DNA from: Ginglymostoma cirratum
Taxonomy: Eukaryota
Assembly (NCBI GenBank): GCA_024137785.1
Contig: JAHRHZ010000026.1
Location: forward strand, 33,458,312-33,522,311
Length of the DNA stretch: 64,000 nt
Direction: 5' to 3'
Positions 13,722-27,385 of the stretch are shown here, piece after piece. The position numbers and the translations under genes were made by a program. Position 1 is the first letter of the stretch; every line of letters begins with the position of its first letter. Below the pieces are notes generated by a model that was given only the letters and a program-made list of their open reading frames with translations, was not told the DNA's origin and ran no database searches.

Positions 13722-14453
13722 TTAACGGAAAGATTCTTGGCAGTGTGGAGGAGCAGAGGAATCTTGGGGTTCATGTTCACAGTTCCCCGAGAGCTGCCAC
13801 CCAGGTGGATAGAGTTGTTAAGAAGGTGTATGGTGTGTTGGCTTTCATTAATAGAGGGATCGAGTTCAAGAGCCGTGAAGTTATGCTCCAGCTATACAAA
13901 AGCCTGGTTCGGCCATAACTGGACTATTGTGTCCAGTTCTGGTCACCTCATTACAGGAAAGATGTGGAAGCGTTGGAAAAGGTGCAGAGGAGATTTACCA
14001 GGATGTTGCCTGGAATGGAGGGAAGGTCTTACGAGGAAAGGTTGAGAGAGCTAGGGCTTTTCTCTTCAGAACGACGAAGGATGAGAGGTGACTTGATAGA
14101 GGTGTACAAAATGATCAGAGGTATAGATAGAGTAGACAGTCAGAGACTTTTTCCTAAGGTGGAGGTAGCTTTTATGAGGGGACATAGTTTTAAAGTGAAA
14201 GGAGGTAGATATAGGGGAGACATCAGAGGTATGTTCTTTACTCAGAGAGTGGTAGGGGAGTGGAATGCATTGCCGGAGAGGGTAGTGGAGTTGGCCTCAT
14301 TAGGGGCATTTCAGCAGCTAGTAGATAGGCATATGGATAAGGTATAAGGTAGCGGTGGAGGTTAGATAGATCTTAGGTTTAGGGTAAAAGTTCGGCACAA
14401 CATTGTGGACCGAAGGGCCTGTACTGTGCTGTACTGTTCTATGTTCAATGTTC
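13722..14453 (+). mobile_element. Young 5'-truncated CR1 LINE
   Basis: GKILGSVEEQRNLGVHVH...KVQRRFTRMLPG...FFTQRVVGEWN; tail tgttctatgttc. Confidence 0.95.
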
Positions 14454-14545
14454 TAGAGTGTGTGAGTGAGTGAGAGAGTGCCTGTTTGTGTGTGCGTATG
14501 TGTTGGGCGGTGGAATGTGAGGGTGGAGAACTGGTCGTTAACAAA

Positions 14546-14965
14546 TTGTGTGGCAACTGCTCTTCCCAAGACTGAAAGAAACTACAGAGAGTTGTGAAAA
14601 CAGCCCAGCCTGTAGTGTAAACCAGCCCCCTCTCCATTGACTTCATCTATACTTCCCACTACCTTGAGAAAGGAACCAACATAAGACCGTTTTCCACACC
14701 GGTAATACTCTCTTGCACCCTCTTCCTTTGGGGAGAAGATATAAAAGTTTGTATACATGTATGAACAGATTGAAGAACAGCTTCTTCCCTGCTGTTATCA
14801 GACTTTTGAATGGACCTTTTTAATGTTAATGTTGATGTCTCTCTGCACCTTCTTGGCAGCAGTAACACTGAACCCTGCACTCTGTTCTGCCTGTAAAGGA
14901 TGTAAGATAACACTTTTCACTGTAAATCAGTACACACGACAGTATTAAGTCAAATCAGACCAAAT
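14546..14965 (+). mobile_element. Rex1/Babar LINE 3' fragment
   Basis: GNCSSQD.KKLQRVV; homologous to 39330-39757. Confidence 0.8.
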
Positions 14966-15547
14966 TGAAAAGGTTCCAATTGAATAAAAGCATTCTGATC
15001 ATCTTCCATCTCCTGTACTATTCAGTCACATTTGGGCCCTTATCATTCACTAGAGACTAGAGAAAACAAATCAATTGCAAAGGAGACAAATAAAATGCTC
15101 CCACAGTCTTTCTCAAGGCTGAATAAAGGTGGTTAAAAGAGATTAACAACCTACTTTTTTTGTTTGGGGTGTAGTAAGGGAAAGGGGCCACACAGAAAGT
15201 GTACTTGGCACTTCACAATGACTCAATGCCTAACCATTAATAGTATTACTGTGATCCGGCTAATATCACACAGTATACAGGGAAACAAGCGGGTGTCTAG
15301 CTCTCATTGTTGATTGTCAGGTGATCATCAAACTGAAGCGAGGCCGGAGGAATTGGGAGCATCAACTGAATATTTAAAGCACATTAACCCACTGAACAGA
15401 GAAAAACTCCAGATATGAATCAGATTCCTACTATTTGCTCTCACAAATCTGACAATGCTATCCTGCCAGCAGTCTTGGAAAGGAAGAAGTAACTTGCATT
15501 TACACAGCAATTGCCATGTCCTCAAAATCCAACACAGTCCATGGACT

Positions 15548-15729
15548 CAAACAGAAGCAAAATATTGCAAGTGCTGGAAATCTGAAATAAAAGCCAAGTG
15601 CTGGAGAAACTCAGCAGGTCTAGCAGCATCTGTGGAATAAGAAACAAAGTTAATACTTCATATCCAATATTACTTTTCTTTGGAACTGCATTCAGCTCTG
15701 ACAGAGTTGAGTTGGACTCAAAAAGTTAA
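15548..15729. mobile_element. Old PLE-derived short insert
   Basis: ctcagcaggtctagcagcatctgtgg; TSD ccatggact at 15539-15547 and 15730-15738. Confidence 0.75.
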
Positions 15730-16017
15730 CCATGGACTGCCTTTTGATATACTGACTGTTGTAATGTGGAAAATGGGCCAGCCAATTGGCACTAAGTGGG
15801 CATAGAGGCAACAACGACATAAACGACTGAATAATCAGATTTTATTTTGAGAGGAAAGTGTTGGCTAGGGCAGGAGCTTGGGACCTTGATTGGAACCAGT
15901 TGAAAGCCAGCACTCCTGACAATGTGGCACTCCCTCAGCATTCCATTGTTAGACTGGAGAGATCAATTCTTGTCCTCAGCTTGGTAGCATACTGATTCTG
16001 AGGAGACAGCATAACTA

Positions 16018-16231
16018 CAAACAAAAACTGAAGTTGCTGGAAAAACTCAGCAGGTCTAGCAGCATCTGTGTAGAGAAACCAGAGTTAACATTTCGGGTCC
16101 AACGACCCTTCCTCAGAACTGGGCCCAAAACATTAACTCTGACTTCTCTTCACAGATGTTGCTGAGCTTTTCCAGCTACTCCTGTTTTAGTTTCTGATTT
16201 ACAGCATCCACAGTTCTTTCGGTTTTTATTT
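16018..16231. mobile_element. Palindromic PLE-derived insert (family B)
   Basis: Inverted arms meeting at ~16120; TSD agcataacta/agcgtaacta at 16008-16017 and 16232-16241. Confidence 0.85.
16083..16120 (-). ncRNA. Minimal hammerhead ribozyme (family B)
   Basis: AGTT-CTGAGGA-A-GGGTC GTTG GACCC-GAAA-TG-TT-AACT. Confidence 0.7.
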
Positions 16232-17384
16232 AGCGTAACTATGAAACTTGGCTGATAATGACTAAAACCAAATTAAGTTAGAACTGAAGCAATTTTAACC
16301 TTGCCTGCCAAACAGGAACTGATGGAGTTGGGTGAAACACTGGTCCTCATGCCCTGTTAGGGTAAAAGTATTTCCAATAGTCTTGGGGACTTGCTGCTGA
16401 AATGAGGAAGTGCAATGACTCTTCCAGCTACATACAGGAATTGTACAAACTAAAATTTACATGTGTGCAAAAGCAATCAACAGGGATTGGCTTCTATTTA
16501 ACTGGGTAACCTTGTATCATGCTATAACGTGAATTTCAGCATCCAACTGTTAAATGAGCTCTTTCTGCCTGTGATTTAAGTGTTTTAATTACATATTGCA
16601 GGCAGAATGATTTACAGCAGCACTGATGTGACAACTTCCTTATGCTTGACCCAAATGACATCAATTAGGGACAATAACCTCCTACAATAGGGAATGAGTC
16701 CTCGCTGATTACCCACAAAGCAAACAAGCTTTAACTAAATACTTGAAACCACAACTCAGCACATTACGTCACAGAGTTTACACAAAGTAAAATCCAAGAC
16801 CATTAAATAAGATGAAGCGAACTTTAGCTGTGTGACCTCAAACACTCCTCTTAGCAGCAGGAAATGTCTAGTATTCAAGATCAAATACGCTGAAACCACT
16901 GAGGAATTGTGGCTGTGAACTGTGTTACTTTGCTTACTAGAACACTCAATCCAAAATAATTAAACAATCCAGGAGTAAAACTCCTGCCAACGGCATAGAT
17001 CGCTTGCACTGTTTTACAAAGGAGTGCCAAAGTTTCTTAACAGGACGCATTGCAAAAGTGTTGAATTATTTTATACATCTCCGAAAGGCACTCTAAGACA
17101 GCTAGATAACATCACAACATGTGATAGCCTTCCATAAGAAGACTCTGTCTTCCTCTCTGCTCATTCAGTTAGCAAGCAGCCAGTCAGTCTGTTAGTCGAT
17201 GATATGTATTCTGAGAGTAATGGTTAGCGATTAAATTAATGATTTGAGCTCTAAGCCCTGACTTTTGACCTCTTACACAGCTTCAGCGGTTATTAGACAT
17301 GTTATCTTTGGGTAATTTTTAGACTCCTTGCCTAACGATAAGTTTTGTACTCTCACTCTCACCCTACCCCCCCCGTCACCCAAC

Positions 17385-19277
17385 CCATTATATCTCCCCT
17401 CTGCTGCCTCCAAGCTCTTAGTATCACAACCCTGCACAGCCCACTTCTACCTCCTTCCCAAAATCTACAAACACGACTGCCCAGGCAGATCCATTGTTTC
17501 TGCCTGCTCCTGCCCACATAGAACTCATCTCTTCCTACCCTCGAGTCAGTTTTTTTCTCCCCTTGACCAGTCCCTGCCCACTTACGTTCGCAATTTCTCT
17601 GATGTTTTCGTCAGTTTCAGAATTTCCAGTTTGCGGGCTCCAGCCGCCTCCTCTTTAGCGTGGATGTGCAATCCCTTTACACGTGCATCCCCCACCAGGA
17701 TGCTCTCAGGGCTCCCTGCTTCTTCCTGGAAAAAAGGCCTGAATCATCCCCGCTCACCACCAGCCTCTTGTGCTTGGCTGAGCTTGTCCTCACCCTTAAC
17801 CACTTTTCTTTTAACTCCTCTCACTTTTGTTAGGTCAAAGGGGTGGCCATGGGTACCTGCCCAGGCCCCAGTTATCCCTGTCTCTTTGTGGGGTACGTGG
17901 AACACTCCTTGTTCCAATCCTATTCCGGCCTCCTCCCACAACTCTTTCTTCGGTATATCGATGACATCCCTTATGCTGCTTCCCTCTCTGGAACTGGAAA
18001 AGTTTTTCAATTTTGCTTCCAATTTCTATCCTGCCCTCACTTTCACCTGGTTCATCTCTGATTCCTCCCTTCCCTTCCTCGACATCTCTGTTTCCATTTT
18101 TGGGGATAGGCTGGCCACCAATATCCACTACAAACCAACTAACTCCCACAGTTATCTTGGCTATATATCTTCACACCTTACTTCCTAGCAAAGGAAATTT
18201 CATTCTCCCAGTTCCTCCAACTCCATCACATCTGTTCTGATGATACCAACTTCAACAAGCAGACCTCTGAAATGTCCACCTTCTTCCTCAACCAAGGATT
18301 TCCTAGCATAGTCGTTGACAGGGCCCTCAGCCGAGTCCAGCCCATGTCCCGCACTTCAACCCTCACCCTCCTCTCTTTCCTCTCATAACAGTGATAGGGC
18401 CCCCCTTGTCTTCACTTACTATCTCACCAGCATCCAAATCCGGAGGATCACTAGCTACCATTTCCGCCACCTGCAGAGTGATGCCACGATCAGACGCATA
18501 TTCCTCTCCCCTCCCTTGTCAGCCTTCCACAAGGGCTGTTCCCTCCAGGACATCTGGACAACTCCTCCTTCACTCCCAGCAACCCACCTCAGTGGTACAG
18601 CACCTAACCCTACAACCGCAGAAAGTGTAACTCCTGCCAATTTACTTCCTCCGTCTTCAATATCCTTCCAGGTGAAGCAGTACTTCCCAGAATCTAGTCT
18701 ACTGCATTCACTGCTTACAATGTGGTCTCCCCTACATTGGGGAAACAAAGCGTCGACTGGGTGACCGCTTCGCAGAACATCCACGTTCTGTCCACAAAAA
18801 AATACCCTGAGCTACCAGTTGCCTGCCACTTCAACACACCACCCCGTTCCCTGGCCAACATCTCCGTCTCAGGGTTGGTGCAGTGCCCCAGCGAAGCTCA
18901 GTGCAAGCTGGAAGAACAACGCTTCATTTTCCACTTGGGAACTCTACAGTCTTTGGGACTCAATATTGAGTTCAATAATTTTAGGGCTTGAGGCACCTTC
19001 TCCTATGTCCTTATCCCAAACCCCATACACCAGCTCTTGTTATCACATGGTCTGCTACTACACATTACCCATTGTTAGCCACTAACAGTCCCCATTAGTA
19101 GTTATTCATTCTCCTAGTCTGACCATTATTCACTTTTTTGTCTGTCCAACTGCTCTTCTCTTTTGCATAAAAGCTACCATCAGTTCTGAGGAAGGGTGAC
19201 TGGACCCAACACATTAACGCTGATTTCTCTCCACAGGTGCTGCTGGACCTGCTGAGTTTTACAGCAATTTTGTTTTG
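17385..19277 (+). mobile_element. Penelope-like retroelement (Neptune-like, family B): decayed RT, GIY-YIG endonuclease and 3' hammerhead remnant
   Basis: FYLLPKIYK, MDVQSLYT, AMGT..GPSY.CLFVG, RYIDDI, LPFLDI, HYKPT; LVYCIHC..CG..YIGETK; HFNTP...LGTLQSLGLN; CTGAGGA motif at 19186. Confidence 0.92.
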
Positions 19278-19864
19278 CCACCACATTCGCACCACCATTT
19301 CTCTTTTCCCCCTGCTACTGAAGCGTTTCTTCAGATTTCTATCTGGTGATGCATTCTGCTTGAAATTGCACAAGTATTGATCGATCCATGTAAGGTTTCT
19401 GCTGCTCCTGCAGAAGTCACATTAATGAAACCTAATTCTGTGGTCATTCTGTGATGGAGATGATTTTGAACTTCCTTGTTTTGAGAGCACAACAAGGTGA
19501 GGGGAGTCACACACTGCACAACATTCAGATTCTGTCCTGATTCAAAGGTCGATTTGCTTTTGCTTCTGGCCAACAGTAACCCCTAGAGTGCTGTCTGGCT
19601 ATGGGGGGACACAGCAATGGTCACTGCTCTGTCAGTGAAGAGGCCACTGTTTGGTTTTTCTCCTCAAGGCTGTCAGTACTTGGCATTGGCTGGGATGTTA
19701 TTTACCATTCATTCCACCCCACAACCACCAAGCCCAAATGTTATCCTGACTTTGCTGCATAATAAACATGAACTATTTCATGATCGAAATAATAGACTGG
19801 ACTGTCTTCTGACATGGCCTAGCAACTCTTCAACTAGATCACAGCACTTCGTTATTCAAATTGG

Positions 19865-20262
19865 AAGAATGAGGGAGAATCTTATTGAAACACTTAAAAT
19901 GATGAAGGGAATAGGTAAGACAGAAGCAGGGAGGTTGTTTCCACTGGTAGGTGAAACAAGAACTGGGAGCTTAACCTCAAAATAAGGGGGACCAGATTTA
20001 GGACTGAGTTGAGGAGGAACTTCTTCACCCAAAGGGTTGTGAATCTGTGGAATTGCCTGCCCAGTGAAGCAGTTGTGGCTTCCTCGTTGAATGTTTTCCA
20101 GGAAAAGATAGACTTTTGGACAGTAAAGCGGTTAAGGGTTACAGTGAGTGGGTGGGTGAGCGGAGCGGAGTCCACGAAAAGATCAGCCATGATCTTATTG
20201 AACGGCAGAGCAGGCTCAAGGGGCCGAATGGCCGACTCCTGCTCCCGTTTCTCATGTTCTAA
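19865..20262 (+). mobile_element. CR1 LINE 3' fragment
   Basis: RRNFFTQRVVNLWN; gatcagccatgatcttattgaac tail. Confidence 0.88.
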
Positions 20263-20774
20263 TGCAAAAGGAAAAGCTAGATCAAAACCAGTTTGCAATG
20301 ATTTATGAGATTTAAAAAGTAAACAGGTACCCAGAATACTGGTGCCAGGGTTTGTATTACACACTAATTCCTTCCCAAATCTTTGCTGGTTCAACCCAAG
20401 TCCCATTTCAGGCAGAGAAGGCAATGAATCATTCCCCCTCAAGAATTCTCTCCTCCAGTGGGTGGTGACAGCTGGAACGGTGAATACATTCGAGGATGAG
20501 TTTGATAAGATTTTTGATCCACAAGAGAGTTAGGAGCAACACACACGAAAGCGAAGGCAACAATCAGAGCAGCCGTTAATACAAAAGCAAACTATGGCTG
20601 ACACTGGAAACAATAGGCCCAGATGGTCCTCTGGCCACCATGTGACATATCTGATAATGCAGGAGTTGCCTGGGAATTTGAAATATCTGCCAGGCATCTA
20701 GAAACCTCCAGCTTGTAGATAGTGTCAGAGAAATTTGGAGGATTCCAACTCATGTACCCAAATCACAGAATGCT

Positions 20775-21085
20775 TAAAATTTGGAAGCAGGCCATTCGGC
20801 CCATCAAGTCCACACTGATCCTCCAAAGAGCATCCCACTCAGATCCTATCACTGTAACCCTGCTTTTCCCATGGGACATCCCTGGAAGCTATGGGTAATT
20901 TAGCATGGCCAATCCACCTAACCTGCTCATCTTTGGACTGTGGGAGGAAACTGGAGCACCCATAGGGAACCCACAGAGACACAGGAAGAATGCGCAAACT
21001 CCACACAGACAGTGGCCCGAGGTTGGAATCAAACCTGGGTCCCTGGCGCTGTGAGGCAGCAGTGCTAACCACTGAGCCATCATGC
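20775..21085 (-). mobile_element. HE1-type tRNA-derived V-SINE
   Basis: Minus strand tggctcagtggttagcactgctgcctcacagcgccagggacccaggtttgattcc (A/B boxes); ctcccacagtccaaagatg core. Confidence 0.9.
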
Positions 21086-22069
21086 CACATGTTAAAATTT
21101 CTTCTGATTCTTGGTTGACTATAAAACTGACCTTGCATTCCCTGACTCATCATTTAGACCTCCAATACTCCCCACCGTGAGTCCCAATCCCCACTCACCC
21201 CCACCCACCACTAAAAAACATCCTCCTCCACACTCCGAACCTTTCAGCCCAACTCTCCACCCCGGTAATGCCTGACTCCCCCCACCTGCTGACATCCTTC
21301 ACCATTACCCTACGAAAGAAAATTAGAAATGGGCATTAAGTGCAGGCCTAGCCATTGATGCCCACATCCCATGAACAAATGAACAAAAATAGACTTAACT
21401 CTGAAATGATTCTGAGTTTATCAGAAGGTTGGTTGAGAAACAGTACACACACCTTTAAAATCAAAGTAGCTAGAGGAATCATATGGTCTATTCTTAACTC
21501 ATAATTAACAAATGATTTTCATTAGCAATCTCTGGGGTATGTGTGAACTAAAAAGGACATCTATGTTCAATCCTGATTAACTCTCATGCAATAAAACATA
21601 ACTTATCATGCACCAAAACACAATAAACTGAAAGTTGACTGCAGCAGAAAATTCCCAATTCTAGAAATATTCATATCGGAAGAGCCAAGTATCACCAAAA
21701 ATTAATAAGGTGTAATCATTATTCTTCAAACCTTTTAATTCAATGAGGAACTGCACCAAGATTCATCCCTAGTTTAAACTGCATGGCACATGCACATTTA
21801 AATTTAGCCAAATTCAAATATCTGTTTCTTTAAGGAGCAAACCATTGAATGAATTACTATTATAATGGATCGGATTAAAAAGATTTAGAATGGAAGTGAA
21901 CAAAATTGCTACTGAAACAAAACCACTGGAAACATATAGTGAACCCAAAAGAGAAAAACTGATTAATGTCCCAGGTACCAGTTGCCTTTAGCTTAACCAT
22001 TCATCCATGACTTGACCAGCTTGAGGTGACCAGCGTTATTTTTTATTAAAAAAGAATGACAACATTCAC

Positions 22070-22205
22070 CCTTCTCAGGAGGCTAATATAAACTCAGCAT
22101 GTCCATACAGACTCTTACCAACTTTTACAGATGCACCATAGAAAACATTCTATCTGGATGCATCACGTTACGGCAAGGTACACGTGGCAATGATAAATCA
22201 AATCA
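22070..22205 (+). mobile_element. Rex1/Babar internally deleted fragment
   Basis: MSIQTLTNFYRCTIENILSGCIT then aatcaaatca tail. Confidence 0.7.
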
Positions 22206-22579
22206 GAGCTTCCCCAAATACTACGCCACAAATATAATAGTCACATATCTCACACAATTCGCTGCTGACAGTGTGTTGGCCACCAAATGCATTGGAGACC
22301 TGAGCTTATTCCTGTTCTCACCTCACATCCACATCCTTGGCATTTCCAACATTACAATCTATTGACCCAATCATTGGCAAAGTCCATTACCTGTCAGTGC
22401 CCCGGTTTAAAACTAATGGAGCATCTCTGCTGTCAAGGCCTGTAAAAAGAATCATACGATTCAAAACAGACAGAAGATAAAACTCCAAGTCCTACAGATT
22501 GATCTAAGCTACAAGATGTTTTTCTCCGATTCAGTCACCTGGTTGCAGGGAGAGCAAGAAGAACCGAATTTTATTTTAT

Positions 22580-22880
22580 GTTATTTCTTACGATGTGGCA
22601 TCGCTGGCAAGACTGGCATTTACTGCCCATCCCTGATCGGTCAAGAAGCTGGTGGTAAGCTGCCTTCTTCAGGAAGGCCAGCTCCTGATGGGGCTCCTTG
22701 AGTGCTGTTAGATTTTGATGCAGCAACAACGTAAGAATAGCAACACATCACTGAGTCAGGCCGGGAGGGGAACCTGTAGGCTGTGATACTCCCACAGACC
22801 TCCTACCCTTGCCGTTCGAGGTGACTGAAGTTGAGAGTCTGGATGAAATTTGAATGAATGCTTGGAGTCAACATTGTAGA
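22580..22880 (-). mobile_element. Second CR1-group LINE 3' fragment, degenerate
   Basis: Reverse complement of the gggatgggca..aatgc..gccagcgatgccacatc tail. Confidence 0.55.
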
Positions 22881-23474
22881 TTTAATGTTTCTTCAGCATT
22901 ATATCCACAAATACAGCAGCTTTAAAACATGAAAAGACTTTGAATTAACGTGATTCATTTCTTGATTGTGCTTGAAGCAGCAACGACTGAGGAATCTGCA
23001 AAATCTGAAAAACCTGAAACATACCAGGGTGAACACACGTCCAGTTCAAACATTCCAATCAACATTTATTCCCTATAAACTACATTTAGAATCAGAGATG
23101 AAGAGGTCTTGCCTCTACCTCCTTCCAATTCCTTGGGATCTGACGATAATCATGACTTAACTCCCTATGCATATGTTGGGTCATTCTTATTAACATATTG
23201 GTACAGTTAACCCTTTACAGTAACAAAAAATAGTGACACATTTGTTCTATTTATCAGTAAGTAGGAAACAGTGGTGAGCTTATATAAACCTGAGCCCAAG
23301 TCTGAAGCTACACGTATTTCCAGAATGTATGGTTAATATCCATCTCACACATTTTGTTGGATAGAACCCCTGAATTTTAAAAAAAAGTTTGTTTTGACGA
23401 AAGGTGAACTATTTACCAATGTTAGTAACAAGGGAAGTGTAGCAGATGTCAGACTCACACTTCTGTTATAGCAT

Positions 23475-23690
23475 CATAGAGTCATACAGCATGGAAACAG
23501 ACCCTTCAGTCCAACTCGGTTCATGCTAGCCAAGTTTCCCAAATTAACCTAGCCCCATTTGCCTGCATTTGGCTCATATCCCTCTAAACCCTTCCTATTT
23601 GTGTACCTGTCCGAATGTCTTTTAAGTGTTGTAACTGTACCTGTATATACCACTTCCTCTGGCAGCTCATTCACATTCGAACCACCCTGT
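23475..23690 (-). mobile_element. CR1 LINE 3' fragment
   Basis: catagagtcatacagcatggaaacagaccc tail; reverse complement of 4330-4765 type. Confidence 0.8.
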
Positions 23691-23773
23691 TATTGCCTTA
23701 TTAACAACTTCTTATATTAAAAATAGTTGAAATTGTTAGCTAACTTCATTGAAATACATAAAACTATCTGTGC

Positions 23774-24323
23774 TAACAAGCATGGGGCTGGATGAACACA
23801 GCAGGTCAAGCAGCATCATAGGAGCAGGAAAACTTGACGTTTCGGGCCTAGACCCTTCATCAGAAATCAAGTTTTCCTGCTCCTATGATGCTGCTTGACC
23901 TGCTGTGTTNNNNNNNNNNNNNNNNNNNNNNNNNNNNNNNNNNNNNNNNNNNNNNNNNNNNNNNNNNNNNNNNNNNNNNNNNNNNNNNNNNNNNNNNNNN
24001 NNNNNNNNNNNNNNNNNNNNNNNNNNNNNNNNNNNNNNNNNNNNNNNNNNNNNNNNNNNNNNNNNNNNNNNNNNNNNNNNNNNNNNNNNNNNNNNNNNNN
24101 NNNNNNNNNNNNNNNNNNNNNNNNNNNNNNNNNNNNNNNNNNNNNNNNNNNNNNNNNNNNNNNNNNNNNNNNNNNNNNNNNNNNNNNNNNNNNNNNNNNN
24201 NNNNNNNNNNNNNNNNNNNNNNNNNNNNNNNNNNNNNNNNNNNNNNNNNNNNNNNNNNNNNNNNNNNNNNNNNNNNNNNNNNNNNNNNNNNNNNNNNNNN
24301 NNNNNNNNNACCTTTTATCTCTG
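23774..24323. mobile_element. Palindromic PLE-derived insert (family A) spanning a 400-N gap
   Basis: Inverted arms meet at ~23866; 13-bp TSD aaactatctgtgc at 23761-23773 and 24324-24336. Confidence 0.85.
23833..23866 (-). ncRNA. Minimal hammerhead ribozyme, intact core
   Basis: TT-CTGATGA-A-GGGT CTAG GCCC-GAAA-CG-TC-AA. Confidence 0.78.
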
Positions 24324-25271
24324 AAACTATCTGTGCGTTTGGTCAGCTTAACCTTTTGAAGAAGAACTGGTGACAGCCTTTTGGCTTTGTTGGCAACAAC
24401 AGCAGCTATTTTACAAATGGTTTTGGAAGGAGGTGTAGCCTAGATTCTATCAGCTGGGAACTCCGTATACAGGCTCTCAGAAGGTAACAGCTAATTATGC
24501 CAAATGACACCATGCAAGGCCCCTGCCCTCTCCATATCACACCATAAAACTACACCTTCAGCTAGTATGATGGGCCCACTTGAAAATGTTGCTCAGTATG
24601 GTACAGAGTTGCTCTCAACTGGCACAGCAGTGGGAAATTGTATTTAATGTGCAGCTTAGATATCGACCATTCATCCCAACTCATCCATCTTTCCCTACCC
24701 TTCCTTTTTGTTATCGCTGCCTAGGTAGGTGCAAAGGTGTGTGGAAGGAGCTCTAAGACTAAATAGTTAATAAACTCTACCCATAAAGAAAGGAGCCGCA
24801 GATATAGATCATCAGCACTTACCAAACAATTTATTTCTGATGCTACACGAGGAAAAATCATCTATCTCTAGTTCAACTTACATTTTTTTTTAGGAGTTCT
24901 TGCTCAGTATTGGCCATCCACAAAAGGATCAGTCTCACCCTCAGCTAGTGTCTTAAAGACTCTGGAGTAGGTTTCGAATTCATGATTGTCTGAGTAAGGA
25001 GCGAGAGCATTACCTCTGAGCCAAGGGAGAACTGAATTCATCACGAAGCGAAGCTTAAAGAAATGTACCTGAATAGCCACCTGAAATTTCAAAGGCTTCT
25101 TCATTCTGATTCTAAATCAATTTGGCTTTCAAATCGGGGGGGCGTGTTCATTAAAATACTCATCTTTAAAACTGCTTAAATCAGCAGTCAGCTCTCAGAA
25201 TTAAAATGAAGAGAAGATATCATCTCTAATAGGGGTTACAGCTTCTGCCGAGATAATGCCAGACAGAGGGA

Positions 25272-25397
25272 ACAAATGAAAACTGAAAGAACTGTGGATG
25301 CCGGAAATCAAGAAGAAAAACAGAAATTGCTGGAAAAGCTCAACAGGCTCGGCAGCATCTGTGGACAGAAATCAGAGTTAATGTTTCGGCTCAGAAC
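25272..25397 (-). mobile_element. Short PLE-derived insert (family B), hammerhead stem II deleted
   Basis: Homologous to 16018-16120 and 43456-43560. Confidence 0.75.
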
Positions 25398-27385
25398 AAC
25401 ACTTAACTCAAGCAGGTTTAGGCAGCTTAATGGAACAATTACTGAACCAGTAAAGGCATAAAAACAACAGTCTTCTTCTAAGCACAAAGGCTTAAAGATG
25501 ATTTGGGGTTTAAAATTATCAAGACAAGCTACTTATTGGAACGAGACAGCTACGGGGTACAGATGTTAAAGTCAACGAGAAGGCTGTGCTACTCAAAGAG
25601 AACTGTAGGCTACGAACCAACAAGTAGAATTGAAATTGTGGGATTTTTTTGCCTTTCAGAGAATGTACCGGAAATGTCCCACGATGGTTAAAGACAGCAA
25701 GATATTCTCAAGTTGCAATTTGTCAGTTTGAACTAAAGCTGATGGGAAAATGTACACTGCACTGGGGGGTGAAGTTGGATATGGTGAGGAGCTGAAGATT
25801 CCATGCCAGTGGTTTCAATTTAATATCAAGCATGATGTGTAAACTGGCAACGGCTTATAGTATGCCTTCATCATTCGCACTAAGTGTATTCACAAGCCAC
25901 GCATTAGATGCTTGTGAAAAAAACACACACAAAATAATAGAAAGGGCTTTAAGGAGCTTGTGGATTAGACTCAGCCTAAAAGAAAACTTCGATTTGAATC
26001 ATATCTAACAAGAAGAAGAACTTGACCACAAAACAGAACAGGAATGTAAAGAAAAATGATGACATTTGTGAGACATAAGCAACTGGTAACTAAGACCAAA
26101 GCTTTGATTGCTATGTGATCAGCAAAGTGGACTGGTACACAGTTGTGAGAGAGACAGCAGCAAGGACTGTGTATTTTAAACCTAAACTGAACGAGGCAGA
26201 AGGTCAAATGAAGGAACTAATTTTTGGCTTTGTACACATGAGAATCACAGACAAAATGTTGACACAGAGAACATAAGAGCTAGATACAACGCAGCTTTTC
26301 CACTGCAGTCAAGGAGAGAGAGACAATTCTTAGTCTAATGCAAGGATAGCATCTAAATATTAAAGAATTCCTACGAGCCCACAGGGAATGTGTTAATGAC
26401 CAGATAATCTGTTTTAGGAAATCTGCTTAGCCAATAAATATAGGCCAGGACACCTAATGAGGAGTACACAAGATTTTGACTATACAGAATCTATATCCAC
26501 TTGGATAGAGAACTTGGTTGGTGACTTGGTAGGTTACAGCATCCTGCTTTTGCCAGCACACCAATTAGAAAGTTTCCTGTCTCTAATATGGCACTTGAAA
26601 AGAGTTTCAACTCAGCTCACAGCATGGTCCCTGTTCATAATTCTCTTCTAAATGAACTGCCTGTGATTTTAGTCATTGCAATCAGCAAAGCCCAAGGGCT
26701 GCTGTAAGGAGAACTGAAACACTCATGTTGCAGCAGCAAGATGAATTCTTCTGGAGACTCAGGTCAAGACATGTTGAGAGACCTTGTGGAGGAATCTTTG
26801 CATTGTGGTTACACAATTCATCAGGCTCAGCTCAGCCTAGAATTCTCGATGCCAGGAATGGGTGCATGCAAACTGGATAAGTGATCTGCACTCTGCTTTG
26901 ACATACACAGTCGTTCAAAAAAGGATAATTGAAGTAGTTTTGAATTTGGAATACGCATAATTGGTCTGCCATTTTACATCAAGTTAAGGAAATAAGCAGT
27001 GCTTAAGTATGCTAGGCATGTGAGTCCTCACTCTAACGGCTGTGCACAAGTTATCTGGAGTTTTAAACATTGTGTATTCTTTACAATTTTTCCATTCTGG
27101 AAATTTTTTTTTTGCAAATATATTAACAGTGGAAACGCCATTGTATAATCAAAAATATCTCACTCCATCTCACATTTAGGTTTAGAGGCAAACTGGCTAA
27201 CATCATGATTGTACCTTAAAATTCAGACACATTCATCGTGAGAAGCTGCATTCTCAAGGAATGTTCCCCACAACAATTACTTCCTTTTCTCGCTACTCCA
27301 CTACAAGGTGCCAACAAGATCAGACATAGGCTGATGTTACAGATAAAAGTGTATCTGGAGAGATGACACAAAAGGAAAGGCTTTG

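Noticed and set aside
20889-21085. tRNA genes suggested by A/B boxes
   Set aside because: They are SINE heads followed by SINE body and tail; no complete cloverleaf.
23885-24373. Long ORFs across N runs (also 13439-14045)
   Set aside because: Artefacts of assembly gaps.
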